Part shown: piece after piece, positions 38,001-50,124 of the stretch
Layout: each line of letters opens with the position of its first letter
Numbering within the stretch: the first letter of the stretch is position 1
DNA from: Mytilus trossulus
Taxonomy: Eukaryota
Length of the DNA: 64,000 nt
Reading direction: 5' to 3'
Assembly (NCBI RefSeq): GCF_036588685.1
Contig: NC_086379.1
Span: 73,160,001-73,224,000, forward strand
Translations under genes and position numbers: made by a program
The notes under the pieces: generated by a model
The model's input: the letters and a program-made list of their open reading frames with translations, nothing else
What the model was told of the DNA's origin: nothing
Databases searched by the model: none

Positions 38001-40688
38001 TTTTCATTAAATCAAAACACCTCTTTGTTATTTTTCTGCAAGGATGCAAGGAAGTGAACTAGAATTAACACTTTTGAAAGGCTATAACAAAGCCATTGTT
38101 TTGTAAATATCTAGATTTTAACTGGATTAAGGGTCCCCTGAATATAAGTAGATTAGTTATATTAAACCTGTTTTGGATCCAGTTTGACGTAATTTCTTAT
38201 AACTGCCCAGATTATTAGAAAGATATAAATATGAATTGAGAGGTAGCTCGTGTAGTCTCAGATGTCACTAACCTCACACGGAAAGGAGTAAAAAACCAAG
38301 TGGGCTGTTGCATACATATATAATTATTTTGATGAATAGCAATTCTATTATCATAATGAAACCAACTCTATCTTTTCTTTATATTAAAATTTTATTCATA
38401 GATTACCATTAAACAGCACGATCCTGACATTGGAAATATGTATACAGAAGTAAAAAGTAAAATCACAAACATGCTGATCTTAGTGGAAAATCAATTCGGC
38501 AAGTCCATAATCACATGACAAAATCAAATTACAAAACACGTCAAAAAGGAATGGACAAAAACTGTCATATTCCTGACTTGGTACATGCATTTTCAATAGA
38601 AGAAAAAAGAGAGGTTTTAGTTTTTTTAGCTCTTAATGTTTCCATAGTGGTGTTATGTAACATAATATGAATATGCTGTAATAACATGTTCCTTGTTGCT
38701 TGCATGTTGATAGGACCACATAGATTGAACTCGGTTTGGTTTTTATCTCTAATACCTATATAGTTAAGACAATAACCCCTAAAAGCAATATTCCCAACCT
38801 TCCTTGTGTAGTATGAAACTTGGTAGTATAATTCCATGGAGATTCATTTACTTATGCTCCGGTTCTTTTCTGTAAACATAATTTCTTGACGACGGCGACG
38901 ACGCTGAAAACGCCATAACACAAAAATGAACGCAAAAGTTTAGTTGTCGTATAAAAAGTAAGTTGTAAATGGTTTAAAAAACGTCTAAACCAAAAACCAT
39001 TTATGCAACCATAAAAACAACAAAAATCAAAAAAGTACAGCTCTAAGAGTATTTGCAGAAACTGACTATTTCCAAGTGTGGAATGCAGTGGATGAAAACA
39101 ATTTGAGGTTACCATACGACCTTTCAACAATATAGTCCGCTATAAAAGGTCCATACATGAAAAATCTATTTTTGATGAAACTGAGCATTTCAATTTAAAG
39201 CAATCTGCTTTGCAGTAGTATATTTTATTTTGACAATAAAAAAAAGTGACGAAAATGGGTTCCCCTCAACAAATCAAAAACACTGAGGCATTTTCTAACG
39301 TCTGCATATATTTTACTACTCAATATATAGAATTGAGAATGGAAACGGGGAATGTGTCAAAGAGACAACAAACCGGCAAAATATGTCCTCTATGCTGCGA
39401 AAAATTCCGCACCTGGAAGCGTCCTTCAGCTGGCCACTAAATAAATAAATATACTAGTTCAGTGGTAATGAACGCCATATTTGACTCCAAATTATACACA
39501 AGAAACTAAAATTAAAAATAACACAAGACTATCAAAGGCCAGAGGATCCTGACTTGTGTTCTATTAATAATTTAAAACAGGGTTAATTTTCTAAAATGGT
39601 TAGTTTTATTTAACCAACAAAACATATTAATATCAAGCAGCAGCATACGTTGTGCATACAAAAAGGCTGTTTGTGGTTGCGAATATGGACGCCCAACTCT
39701 ACATTTACGCAAATGTCTTTTTTATATGGTCATATTTATAAAATAACTGTTTACAAGATTGAATTTTTCGAAATACAATGAATTTTTATTAGAACGTCAC
39801 TTATGAGACTTTGGTAGATAAAAACCGCGTATGGTAAACACATTTTAAAAACTGGTATCAATTATTATTTTTTTACAAAAGTTTAAAACAAAACTTTTAA
39901 TCTTGACAGAATCCAACTTTTTATATCATGTCAAGGGTTTCTTTTAACACGGTTTTGTTTTATTACGCATATAGTAGATAATGAAAAAGTGACTTGTTTT
40001 ATGTTTGGAACAGATAATTGGTTTTCCTAACGAATCATATAATATTGACAATATAATGTGTGTAACCAAGGTATATTAAGTTTCCATCATTTAGATTCGT
40101 TGAATACTTCCTAATTGATATTTAAGTCTGCCAAAGTATGTAGTTAATGAAATTGATGTAATTTGTGTTAAACTAGCTTTCAGTATATACTATAAGTTGG
40201 ACTCATTGTATCGTCTGTCTTTTGTCCTTTAAGTCCTTTTGTGTTGGTTCTTAGTGCTGATATTTTACAGTAACCACCTTTGTTTGCTTTCAAAATATTT
40301 TTGGCAGCGAACTGGATCTAAGTCAATAGTGATTGAAGATAATGTTATTATGTCATGATTGCATGTTTGCCTTTCAATAACATGTACTATATATTGAAAA
40401 TATGGTTAATCAGAGAGCCAGCCCTTACTACAACTTCCACTTAGTGACGTCAAAGCATACAATAACTTACAATTTACGGATTTTATAATCTAGAAAGTTA
40501 TTATTGCCCGATCAAAAATAAATCCTTTGAAAACACTCAAAAAATATATATTTCATATGAACAAATTCTTTAACAACTTTTGTCCAACTCCATTCCACAA
40601 TTAGAATTTATGTGGTAAAAGACATTGAACAAAATCTAACTACTACATCAAACATCCAATTTACCTACATAAAACACCAACGTATTAA

Positions 40689-42041
40689 GGGAAACGGTAG
40701 TATTACATTTTCCCAGCATTAGGTTGGCCTTTTGTGTACCCAAGACAGGTGAAGGAAGTCAACTTATGAGCGCTGTGATTGGATGTAAGGGTACAATTTA
40801 TTTATCTATGAATAACTGCAGTTTGTATATTTACAATATAAATTTTAAAACCTATTGAAATATTTTCTAGAGAATTATTCGAAAAGGCTTCCAAAATTTC
40901 ATGAATTTGGTGCCAAATGACGGTGGGCATGGATAACATAAACATTGTTGGCAATTCATGCAGCAAATATTTCAATAGTGCTTCATTTTGTAGTTTCTTT
41001 TATCATATCAGACATATACAATTTGTCATTTTGTACTGTTTGAAAGGACTTTTGTTGGAATTTAATACTCCCAAGGGACACAATTCAGCTTTTTCATAGA
41101 TTAATACAGGCAACAAAGGCAACTTTACAGCTGAGTATTTTGCAGATTGAATGTTTTAAGTGTCTAATATCATTGTTTTTATCATCTCAAGACAGAATAA
41201 TGGATTTTATAACCAGCTCTGAAATTTATAACCACAATATGGCATATACTAAAGCATGGAATGGAGATTACTATGACCAATCTTGAATTTATTCTTATGT
41301 TGTAAATTTTGGATAAAATGTATATCAAATGAATGGAATTGTCATTTGTATTTGTTTAAATGGAAATGTTTATTGTTATTCTTGAATAAGATAAGATATA
41401 GTTGGATACAGGTTATTTGTTTAGCCTTAATTGAAAGAAGAAGATAAAGAGGTAAATCAGCATGTAGGGGTGGGGACATACAATTATCCATGTTTCTTTA
41501 AGTAGTGGGGACATACAAGTATTAATTATAGTCAAGGTTTCCACAATAACCCAGTATTGCATTGATGGTGTCATAAGAATTCTTTATAGCATTGTGTCAC
41601 ATTATAGGGAAAACGGTAGTATTACATTTTCCCAGCATTAGGTTGGCCTTTTGTGTACCCAAGACAGGTGAAGGAAGTCAACTTATGAGCGTTGTGATTG
41701 GATGTAAGGGTACAATATATTTTTTATTTATCTATGAATAACTGCAGTTTGTATATTTACAATATAAATTTTAAAACCTATTGAAATATTTTCTAGAGAA
41801 TTATTCGAAAAGGCTTCCAAAATTTCATAAATTTGGTGCAAAATGACGGTGGGCATAGATAACATAAACTAGCTCCGTTGGAAATTGGTCATGATACTAT
41901 TTGGCTTCAATTTGTAGGATACAGAAATAAAGTACAAACACCACACCTAACTGTTTTATCCAAGTTTTTATTATAAAAACTGGTAAATTTAGAAAATGTT
42001 AGTATTGTCGCCTAATGCAGGATAAATAGTACCGTTTTCCC
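40689..42041. mobile_element. TTAA-flanked composite MITE with duplicated left end
   Basis: TTAA at 40685-88 and 42042-45; imperfect TIR gggaaacggta..gcattagg / cctaatgc..taccgttttccc; 40689-40941 repeated directly at 41607-41869. Confidence 0.75.
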
Positions 42042-42791
42042 TTAAAGCTTGAACATGACACCAATCCGAAAGGAGGGTATTTCCTTCATCTGATTCACCG
42101 AGTTAATATTTGTCGGAATAATCCTAAAACTCATTTTCACCTAAAACATTCGATTACATACCTGTTAATAGAGTCAGACAACATCTACATATACTTATTA
42201 TAGAAATATAGAAAACCAAGGTATCGAAGAGCTTTTTTACCTTAATTTGTTATCCTAAAAATATTTAAGAACGTTGAACCCAGAATATAATCATTCCAAC
42301 CTCAGCAATCATTGTTTTATACTGACAATAATATAACGCAGGCAAAACAAAGGCAGCTTTATTATCGTTTGTCTTGAATATTTTGATGTGAAATAATTAA
42401 GAGCACATTGAAATAAGATTATTAAAAATGATGACATGTTTAACGAAAAATGACGATGGACCTTTAATTTATTTATCTCAGAAAAAAAAAGATTATTTCA
42501 TATGAAACAAAAACTGCACATATTCAAGTTCTGCTCAAAATAAACAGTGATTGCAGAAAACGATTTCAATGTACCATTTAATGATCGATTGCATAATCTG
42601 TTTAAGTTCTCGTTTTAAATTTTGTACCGTTTGAAATTCAACTAAACGGTAGTTATCGGACGGAATGTGTGTGTCAAGTTGGTAACGTTTTTCCTTATGG
42701 GTTTCCCTAACAGTTGGTACAATTAAAATATTCCCCGCTACCACAATACCATGAACAAATAGTTAACAGTAGAAAGGTGTCCTTCAGTAAC

Positions 42792-43275
42792 AACAAGTGA
42801 AACTGCGAGCTACTGCTCACTGATGATACCCCCGCCGCAAGTGGATAATATTAATAGTGTAAAAATATGCAAGTGTTCGGTAAACAGGAAGTTGTCGAGT
42901 GATGAATCTGAAAACGCATCACACGATATAGCTGACTTATATAAATCCTGAAACCAAATTTCAGAAATCCTTGTATTGTAGTTCCTGAGAAAAATGTGAC
43001 GAAAATTTTCAGCTTGGCTATCATGTGTAAAATCATACAAGTGTTCGGTAAACAGGAAGTTGTCAAGTGATCAATATGAAAACGCATCACATGGTATAGC
43101 TGACTTAGATAAACCCTGAAACCAAATTTCAGAAATCCTTGTATTGTAGTTCCTGAGAAAAATGCGACGAAAAATATTCATGGTTACGGACGGACTGACG
43201 GACGGACGGACTGACAGACAGAGGTAAAACAGTATACCCCCCCCCCCCCCTTTTTTTTTTAAAGCGGGGGTATAA
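42792..43275 (+). mobile_element. Helentron-associated non-autonomous element (pearl/CvA/DINE-1-like)
   Basis: AACAAG start; sub-terminal inverted repeat atacccccgc/gcgggggtat; two 168-bp core repeats; (GACG/GACA)n microsatellite; terminal palindrome. Confidence 0.8.
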
Positions 43276-45780
43276 TTATCGACAATATGTTTTATGTTAT
43301 CATAGCGTAACTGATGAGCCTATATTAGACAATAGACAATACTTTATTAATAAACCTCAGACACATAGGTGAACAAGTGGACAAATCAGCGCGTCTGGTG
43401 TACAAAAGTTTAATACTGCTATCTATAATGAGAGCATTTACAGAAGTTTAAAACAAAGATGTCAATGAATCAGGAAAGAGGTTTCTTTTACACGGTTTTG
43501 TTTTAATACACATATTGTAAATAATGAAAAGATGACTTGTGTTATGTATTGAAAATATGACAATTGCCTTACGATTAATATTCAAGTACATACAATATAA
43601 ATTGTGTTACACACTCATGATTATGTTCTAATATATAGATCCAATGAATATGCTTCATTTTTTACTATACGTGTATTATATTGTCATTTTGACGTCATTA
43701 AACTGAAGTTGAAGTACAGGCTGACTTCTCTGCTTAACAATCTTTACGATATATAGTACAGGTTTTGTCAAAAGGCAAACATGAAAATATGACATAATAA
43801 CATTTTACTACATCATTATTGACTCAGACCCCGTTTATTTCTATTAATATTTTGAAGGCAAACATAAAAGTAAACTGTAAAAAGATCAGCACTAATAAAC
43901 TAATACAAAAGGACTAAAAGGACAAAAGACAAACAATACAATAAGTCTCTAGGAGTACCCACTTAAAGCTATAAATGCAAGTTTTAAGCTATTTATAATC
44001 ATTTACTATTACTTTTCACAGACTCAAATATCAATTAAAACATATTCATGAGTTATAAACACAATTGAGTTTGTATGTTCTTGAAATTGAATCGTTAGGA
44101 AAACGTATGATCTGTTCAAAACATGATTTTGAGCAAATATATCAAATAAGAACCTCATTTTACTCAAAAAGTAGCATATGAAGGTACATTTTTTATTACA
44201 TATTTGATTTCATCAGGGGCGAAACAGCCTATATAAAAATTGTCAGGAAATTTCAATAAGGGATCAAAACTGTATCGTTTGCCCTAAATGTATAAGAAAC
44301 AGTGATAAAATTCATTCCACCTGAAACATTCGACTCCATGCCAATTAACAAAGTCAGACAACATCTACAAATTCTTGATATTGAAATTTTGAAAATCAAT
44401 GAATTGATAAACAATATAAAAATAAAAATTGAGTAGACCTTCACCTTATACCTAATATAAATTATCTGCTTTAAGACAAAATATTTTTTATAAAAAGTCT
44501 TATTACGTACCTTTTATGTGTCACAACAACATATGTTTAACACAAAAGGGGAAATACTCTTGTAACATCTAACGAAGACATTTAATAGAGAGAAGTGATT
44601 AAAAAATACAGTATACAGAAATATGACTCCGATGTGCAAAGGTGTTTGGCGAGTTTCAGAACCATGTCGAGGAGGCATAGAAAATAGAAGCGGGTTGTCT
44701 CATTGCGTTATACCATTGTCTACGCGTTGTGTCAATATGAGCATATGTATCATATGGAAATTAATAAGCTATATTCATTGAGTCGATGATAAAACATGTT
44801 GTTGGTAAATCACTGTACAGTAGAGATATTTAATTTCATTTTTTTATTTATTTCTTGGCGATAGTGTGCACAGTTGTGGATGCGAAACGCAGACCAATAC
44901 TCTGCTCAAGTAAAATTTATCTGTCCAAAGTCTTTACAGCCTAGTGTATTCTATTTATGTATTGATTACAACGTTTGCTTAAAATTCTAATCGTTGCAGA
45001 TAAATGTGTTTACAAATTATTTTGACCATCTGTCATATGTAACTGACGGTTTTCAAACAACCAAAATTGTTTGACTATTATTCATAATGTTATTCAAGTG
45101 TTTTGTTGCAGTACTCATCATACCATTATTCTTTTATTTATGTAGAATAATTCCCTTTTTACAGTCTGAAAATTGATGAAAAGAAGAATTTGTTTTTATC
45201 TAATCTCTAAATCGTTTAATATTTTTCAAACTTGTCCTGTTTCCCGCTTTCGCGAAGAAATCTGTTTATTTCTTCTGATCTTGTTTGTCAAGAGACTTTG
45301 TGTCAAGTAAAAGAAGGGGCATCATTCTGTTTGTTTGTCGATAACGGGGAAAAAAGACCGATAAACAATCAAAATAAATTCCTTATATTTTCAAATGATT
45401 CTGGAGCTAACCCATTATACGAATGTATCGCAAACAAAATGTATTCTCCTGGGAAACGTGCCTGATCAATCGTCTTCAGATTTCTGTATCTAATAATACG
45501 ACTTTTTATCTGAATCCTTAACTGATATTCATGTCAACACAGAAGTGCTGACGACTGGGTTAGACAAGTTCCAAATATATCATGCAAACATTATTTATTG
45601 TCGATTAAAACAATTGTATCTTAAAAATTATTTGATATAAAAGAAAAACATCACCAGAATGTTACTACCATTTCTTTGTTTACATTGAAAAATCACGTTA
45701 CAACTGAAGTTCCTTACAACAGAACCAACAACGAAAATAGTTATTTTTCTTTTCTTTTATGCAGATTCGAAAATAAAATG

Positions 45781-46061
45781 TTCGGTGTTGACATGAATAT
45801 CAATTATATGGTCATTTATATAAATTTCCTGTTTAAAACACTTTGAATTTTTCGAAAAACTTAGGATTTTTCTTATCCCAGGGATAGATTACCTTAGCCG
45901 TATTTGGCACAACTTTTTGTAATTTTGGAACCTCAAAGCCATTCAACTTTTTACGCGTTTGTCTTTGTAACTATTTAGATATGAGCGTCACTGATGAGTC
46001 TTATATAGATGAAACGCGCGTCTGTCGTACTTAATTATAATACTGGTACCTTTGTTAACTA
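45781..46061 (+). mobile_element. 5'-truncated retrozyme copy with near-intact hammerhead (45985-46028)
   Basis: Aligns to about 26650-26929. Reads CTGATGA gtcttatatagat GAAA cgcgcGTC, with a G-U closing pair in stem II and one stem I mismatch. Confidence 0.8.
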
Positions 46062-46604
46062 TTCCCTATTACAAACTAAAAACACAAAAATACTGAACTC
46101 CGAGGAAAATTCAAAAAGGAAAGTCCAAAATCAAAAGTCCAAACACATCAAACGAATGGACAACAACTGTCATATTCCTGACTTGGTACAGACATTTTCT
46201 AATGTAGAAAATGGTGGATTGAACCTGGGTTTAGAGCTAGCTAAACCTCTCACTACAATGACAGTCGCATATAATTCCATTATATTGACAACGATGTGTG
46301 AACAAAACAAACAAAAACAATATGTAAAATTGTCACAAGTAGGAGTAAATAGTCTAATTCGGTAGGTCACATTCGTGAAAAGGGAACGGGATTGTAGTTA
46401 CGACATAAGAAACAATTCCGATATCATTTGTGAAACGGAAATTCCATAACGGTCAACCAACTCGTTATGGCGTCTGTGATGATTTCGTCTTCACCATTTG
46501 GAACTCTTGGTTTAAAAATGAAATTCACAATCGGGAAGCTGAAATCATTCTTTTGTCGTTAAGTTTTGTTTTCAACCGACCCTCATAGTCAATATCTAGA
46601 TATA

Positions 46605-48165
46605 AGTCATAATCAAATGGCAAAATCAAAAGCTGAAACACCTAAAACGAATGGATAACAACTGTCATATTCCTGACTTGGTACAGACATTTTCTTATGT
46701 AGAAAATGGTGGATTGAGTCTGGTTTTATAGCTAGCTAAACCTCTCACTTGTATGACAGTCGCATCAAATTCGATTACATTGTCAACGATGTGTGAACAC
46801 AACAAACATACTCAAAGAGTAAAAATGTCAAAAATAGGGGTACAGCAGTCAATATTGTGTTATCATCTTAATCACTATAAAAACAACAAATGTAACGAAT
46901 AAACACAAAAAAGCGTACATCAAATTTAACATACTCATTTTGCTTATCTTATACCACTTTATTTATATATATAAAGTCTACTCGTAAAGGATGGAAGGTT
47001 TTCAGTACTGGTGTAAAATTGCGCGTTTGAAATTCGCACAGGTAGACATGAAATAATGTTGTCGTTCAAAGTATGACGGCATACATAAATGCAGAGTCAC
47101 GTAGTGTAGATATAACAAACAACAGACTTAACAGTAAAAGTAATAATAATAAATAAAGTAATTGTGCGGTTCAAAGTATGACGGGATACAAAAGTGCAGA
47201 GTCACGTCAAATGTATATCATAAAACACAGACTAAACAGAAAGAGTAGTATAAATGAATAAAAGAGTTTTGTCATTCAAAGTATCACAAGATCTATAAGT
47301 AAAAGAAATATTAATAAATAAAATAATTTTGTCGTTCAAAGTATGATGTTTAACATAAGCACAGAGTCACGTCAAATGAATATCTTAAAAAACTGACTAA
47401 TAAAAGAATACTTTAGCACGTTATTAAGATGATAACTAACGTCAGTACGCAAAAGGTATACTTCAAGACCATCTTGTATTATTTGCGAATTTGATACGGA
47501 ATATTTATCAACAAGTTCTTGGTATCCTCAGATGAACTTTTGGGAAAAGGACGAAACGTTCTTTGACATACCCTTGGTTCATCAACTTTCTACTCAGACA
47601 CTGGTGACGTTTTACAAAGTCTGAATAGGAGCTGCAAGCTCTTGAATACCGAATAAGTTAGGAAATGTATATTCCATATGCAGGTGAAGTTGGTATATTA
47701 CTACTAAGGTGGGGAAAATTGATAATTTCAAAATTAAAATCGTCTCGTTTGTCATAGATTCTGATACTGAGATGACTGTGTATGTCAAATTCGAGGTATA
47801 AGTCTAAAAATGAGGCGGAGGAAGCCGTGTCTGTTGTATCTTTAATTTCTAGTTCTGGTGGGTATATTAATGGAACCCAATTAGAAAAGTTCGGATTGTT
47901 AATGGAAAGAACATCATCAATATATCTGAAAGTGAAATTAAATAACCTGGCTTCTTTGATCTTATTGTTTTTGACATTTGTCTGAAGGAACTCCGTCTCA
48001 TATGAAAATAAGAAGAGGTCGACAAGGAATGGCGCACAGTTTTTTCCCATAGGGATGCCGACAATTTGTAAAAAAAAAAGGCTACCTCCAAATTCAACAT
48101 ATATGTTGTCAATAAGAAACTCCAGCATACTGATCACTTGTTTCTCTGTGTAGTATGTAAATCCT
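46605..48165 (-). mobile_element. 5'-truncated, inactive Penelope-like retroelement (subfamily A): RT C-terminal half and 3' region
   Basis: RT motifs QIVGIPMG..CAP, FRYIDD, FLDL, YDKRDDFNF and YGIYIS*LIRYSRAC, with an in-frame stop at 47658-60 and a later frameshift. The 3' region has short sub-repeats (47050-47400) and ends in the most common dispersed repeat of this window. Confidence 0.85.
47455..48165 (-). pseudogene. Penelope-like reverse transcriptase fragment
   Basis: ORF 47658..48191 plus read-through LIRYSRACSSYSDFVKRHQCLSRKLMNQGY; YIDD catalytic motif retained. Confidence 0.88.
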
Positions 48166-48496
48166 GTCTCATATAAATATTTTGGTGACAAATATGTTAA
48201 AGAATTGCTAAACCGTTAAGGCACATCCAATCTTTTAATAAGGGGACAAAGTCCCCTATGACAGTAGAAAAATCAATAAAAAAAGAAAATTGAAAAAGGA
48301 AAATTTTTTCCCGAATTTTTCATAGTACTAACACATGCACAAATTATTTAATACTGAAAACAATTTAACAAAGGAAAAACAAAGGCAAATTTGGTATTGT
48401 TTGTCTCAGATAATTTTGGGCGAAGTTATCTAGCGCGCATTGAAATAAGATTATTCAATAAAATGGCATGTTAAAAGAAAAAAACAAGCATAACCT

Positions 48497-48559
48497 TTTA
48501 TTTATTAAACATTTCTCAGACAAAACGAGATTATGAAACGAATTCTGCACTAGTTTATT
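48497..48559 (-). promoter_or_regulatory. Candidate polyadenylation signals of the PKD1-like gene
   Basis: Minus-strand AATAAA at 48554-48559, 48501-48506 and 48497-48502, about 190-250 nt after the stop. Weak evidence in AT-rich DNA. Confidence 0.35.
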
Positions 48560-48748
48560 GGTGCACAGAAAAAAAAGTGATTGCAGAAAACGATTTCAAT
48601 GTACAATTTAATGATCAATTGCATCATCTGTTCAATTTTTCGTGTAAATTATAGTCCCGTTTTAAACAGATGTCAAACGTTATTTTCACATTTTGTTATG
48701 TTTAAAAGTAACTTTAAGATCAACTTTTTTCCATGGTCAATATAAATT

Positions 48749-50124
48749 CTACTGATAAATACGTCTTGGACGTATTTTCTTCTTCGTTAAATCTACTTTC
48801 GGTTTTACCATTTCGATTTGTTTTGTAGCTTCTTGTCGTATGATTTCTATTTGTTTTGGAACTTCCTTGCTTAATATATAGTCTGGTGACAACTTCATTT
48901 TGTCTTTTGTTGTGGTATTATTTGATGCAATAATGAGACCAACAGCCTCTTTCCAGAAACCTGCTACAATGTTTGTAATGCCGAATGATGACCTAACAGG
49001 CTTGTTCCTGACAGTTGTAATACCTACATTTAATGTTGCATTCATCATTGTCATTAAAATCCACAACAAAAACAAAACAAAGAAGAAGTAATAGGCTCTT
49101 CCCAGAACCGGCTCCACAGTAAACAGATCTTTGATGCTATTTTTACCGATAATAGCATTGACCAAGGTCGTTGAAGATACGAATAAGTTTTTGTATGTTT
49201 CTAGATACCTGCCAAATATCAAATGTCCAAAAGTAAAAAACGCTACATACACGATCAAAAACATTACAAAACATCCACAAAGATCACGGCTCACGTGACC
49301 TAGTATCTTTCCGAATTGATTTATTCTTTCATTGTAGCTGAGAACTCGCATGATTCGGAATGTAGTCAAAAATATAATGAATGCCAAGAAAATGTTGAAC
49401 AGTTCATCCCATGACGCAATATGACTGAAGTTGACGAATTTATTCTTATTATTTTCCCATTCTTTCATTGCCATATTAATCATTATCCATCTTCCAATAT
49501 ACATAACGGTACAAACAAAGAACAAAAGTATAATTAACATGTCAAGAACATTCCATAATTCCTTAAACAACTTCTTTCCGTTTCTACGAATCAAAAGACA
49601 TTTATTAACAGAAAATATAAGTATTCCAATTAGTACAATAATTTCACAAATTAAGATGAACATACCAAGGCTTCCGACATGTTGATAAGGCCGAAACGGT
49701 TTAATCAATGTACTAGTTATGACCCCACCTGATTCCGGAAACTCGGTCAAAAACGAAATGAAAACAAAAACATTGTCATCTACGTTGTACAAAGTGAATT
49801 CTGTAAATATGGCTCTCGTTTTACGATCTATCCATGTGTATTTATACAAATCATTGATAATTAGACGTGATATGTTGTAGTTGACAACAAATTCTGCTAT
49901 GTATCCACCACCGCCATAGGTAGAATGTAGTCCTGCGGCCGGAAGTCCCCAAATATCAACAGACGACACAAAATTCCAGGCATCATATGTCATATTATAT
50001 ACAGCTTGACCTCTGACGCAAGGGCGAGACTCCCAGGCAACACAATAGTTTCCATCCTCCTCTCCGTAAATAGAATATTCATCATAACAGGTGAAATTAC
50101 CCCAAAATTCTGTTCTACATGGCT
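48749..50124 (-). CDS. PKD1-like terminal exon: TOP domain, polycystin cation-channel domain and C-terminal tail
   Basis: Acceptor tttttcag|; 1376 nt to the TAG stop; contains ORF 48749..49993 with YGGGGY, WIDRKTRA, WNVLD and FVNF motifs and several TM helices. Confidence 0.95.

Noticed and set aside
42535-42790. Coding remnant of a PKD paralogue or a cysteine-rich peptide (TFLLLTICSWYCGSGEYFNCTNC*)
   Set aside because: No visible similarity to the PKD C-terminus, no start codon or splice support, and very short.
42820-42830. CTGATGA word as another hammerhead
   Set aside because: No stem II, GAAA or GUH in the right spacing; it is part of a Helentron-type element end.
116-46370. Dozens of 60-118 aa ORFs in the track
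   Set aside because: They have the F/I/L/Y/K-rich composition of random AT-rich DNA, many start at non-ATG codons, and several are translations of dispersed repeats (for example 9176..9532, 46009..46365, 42810..43090).
47050-47400. Short repeats with spacers resembling a CRISPR array
   Set aside because: Degenerate sub-repeats in a retroelement 3' region; spacers are related to each other; eukaryotic context with no cas genes.
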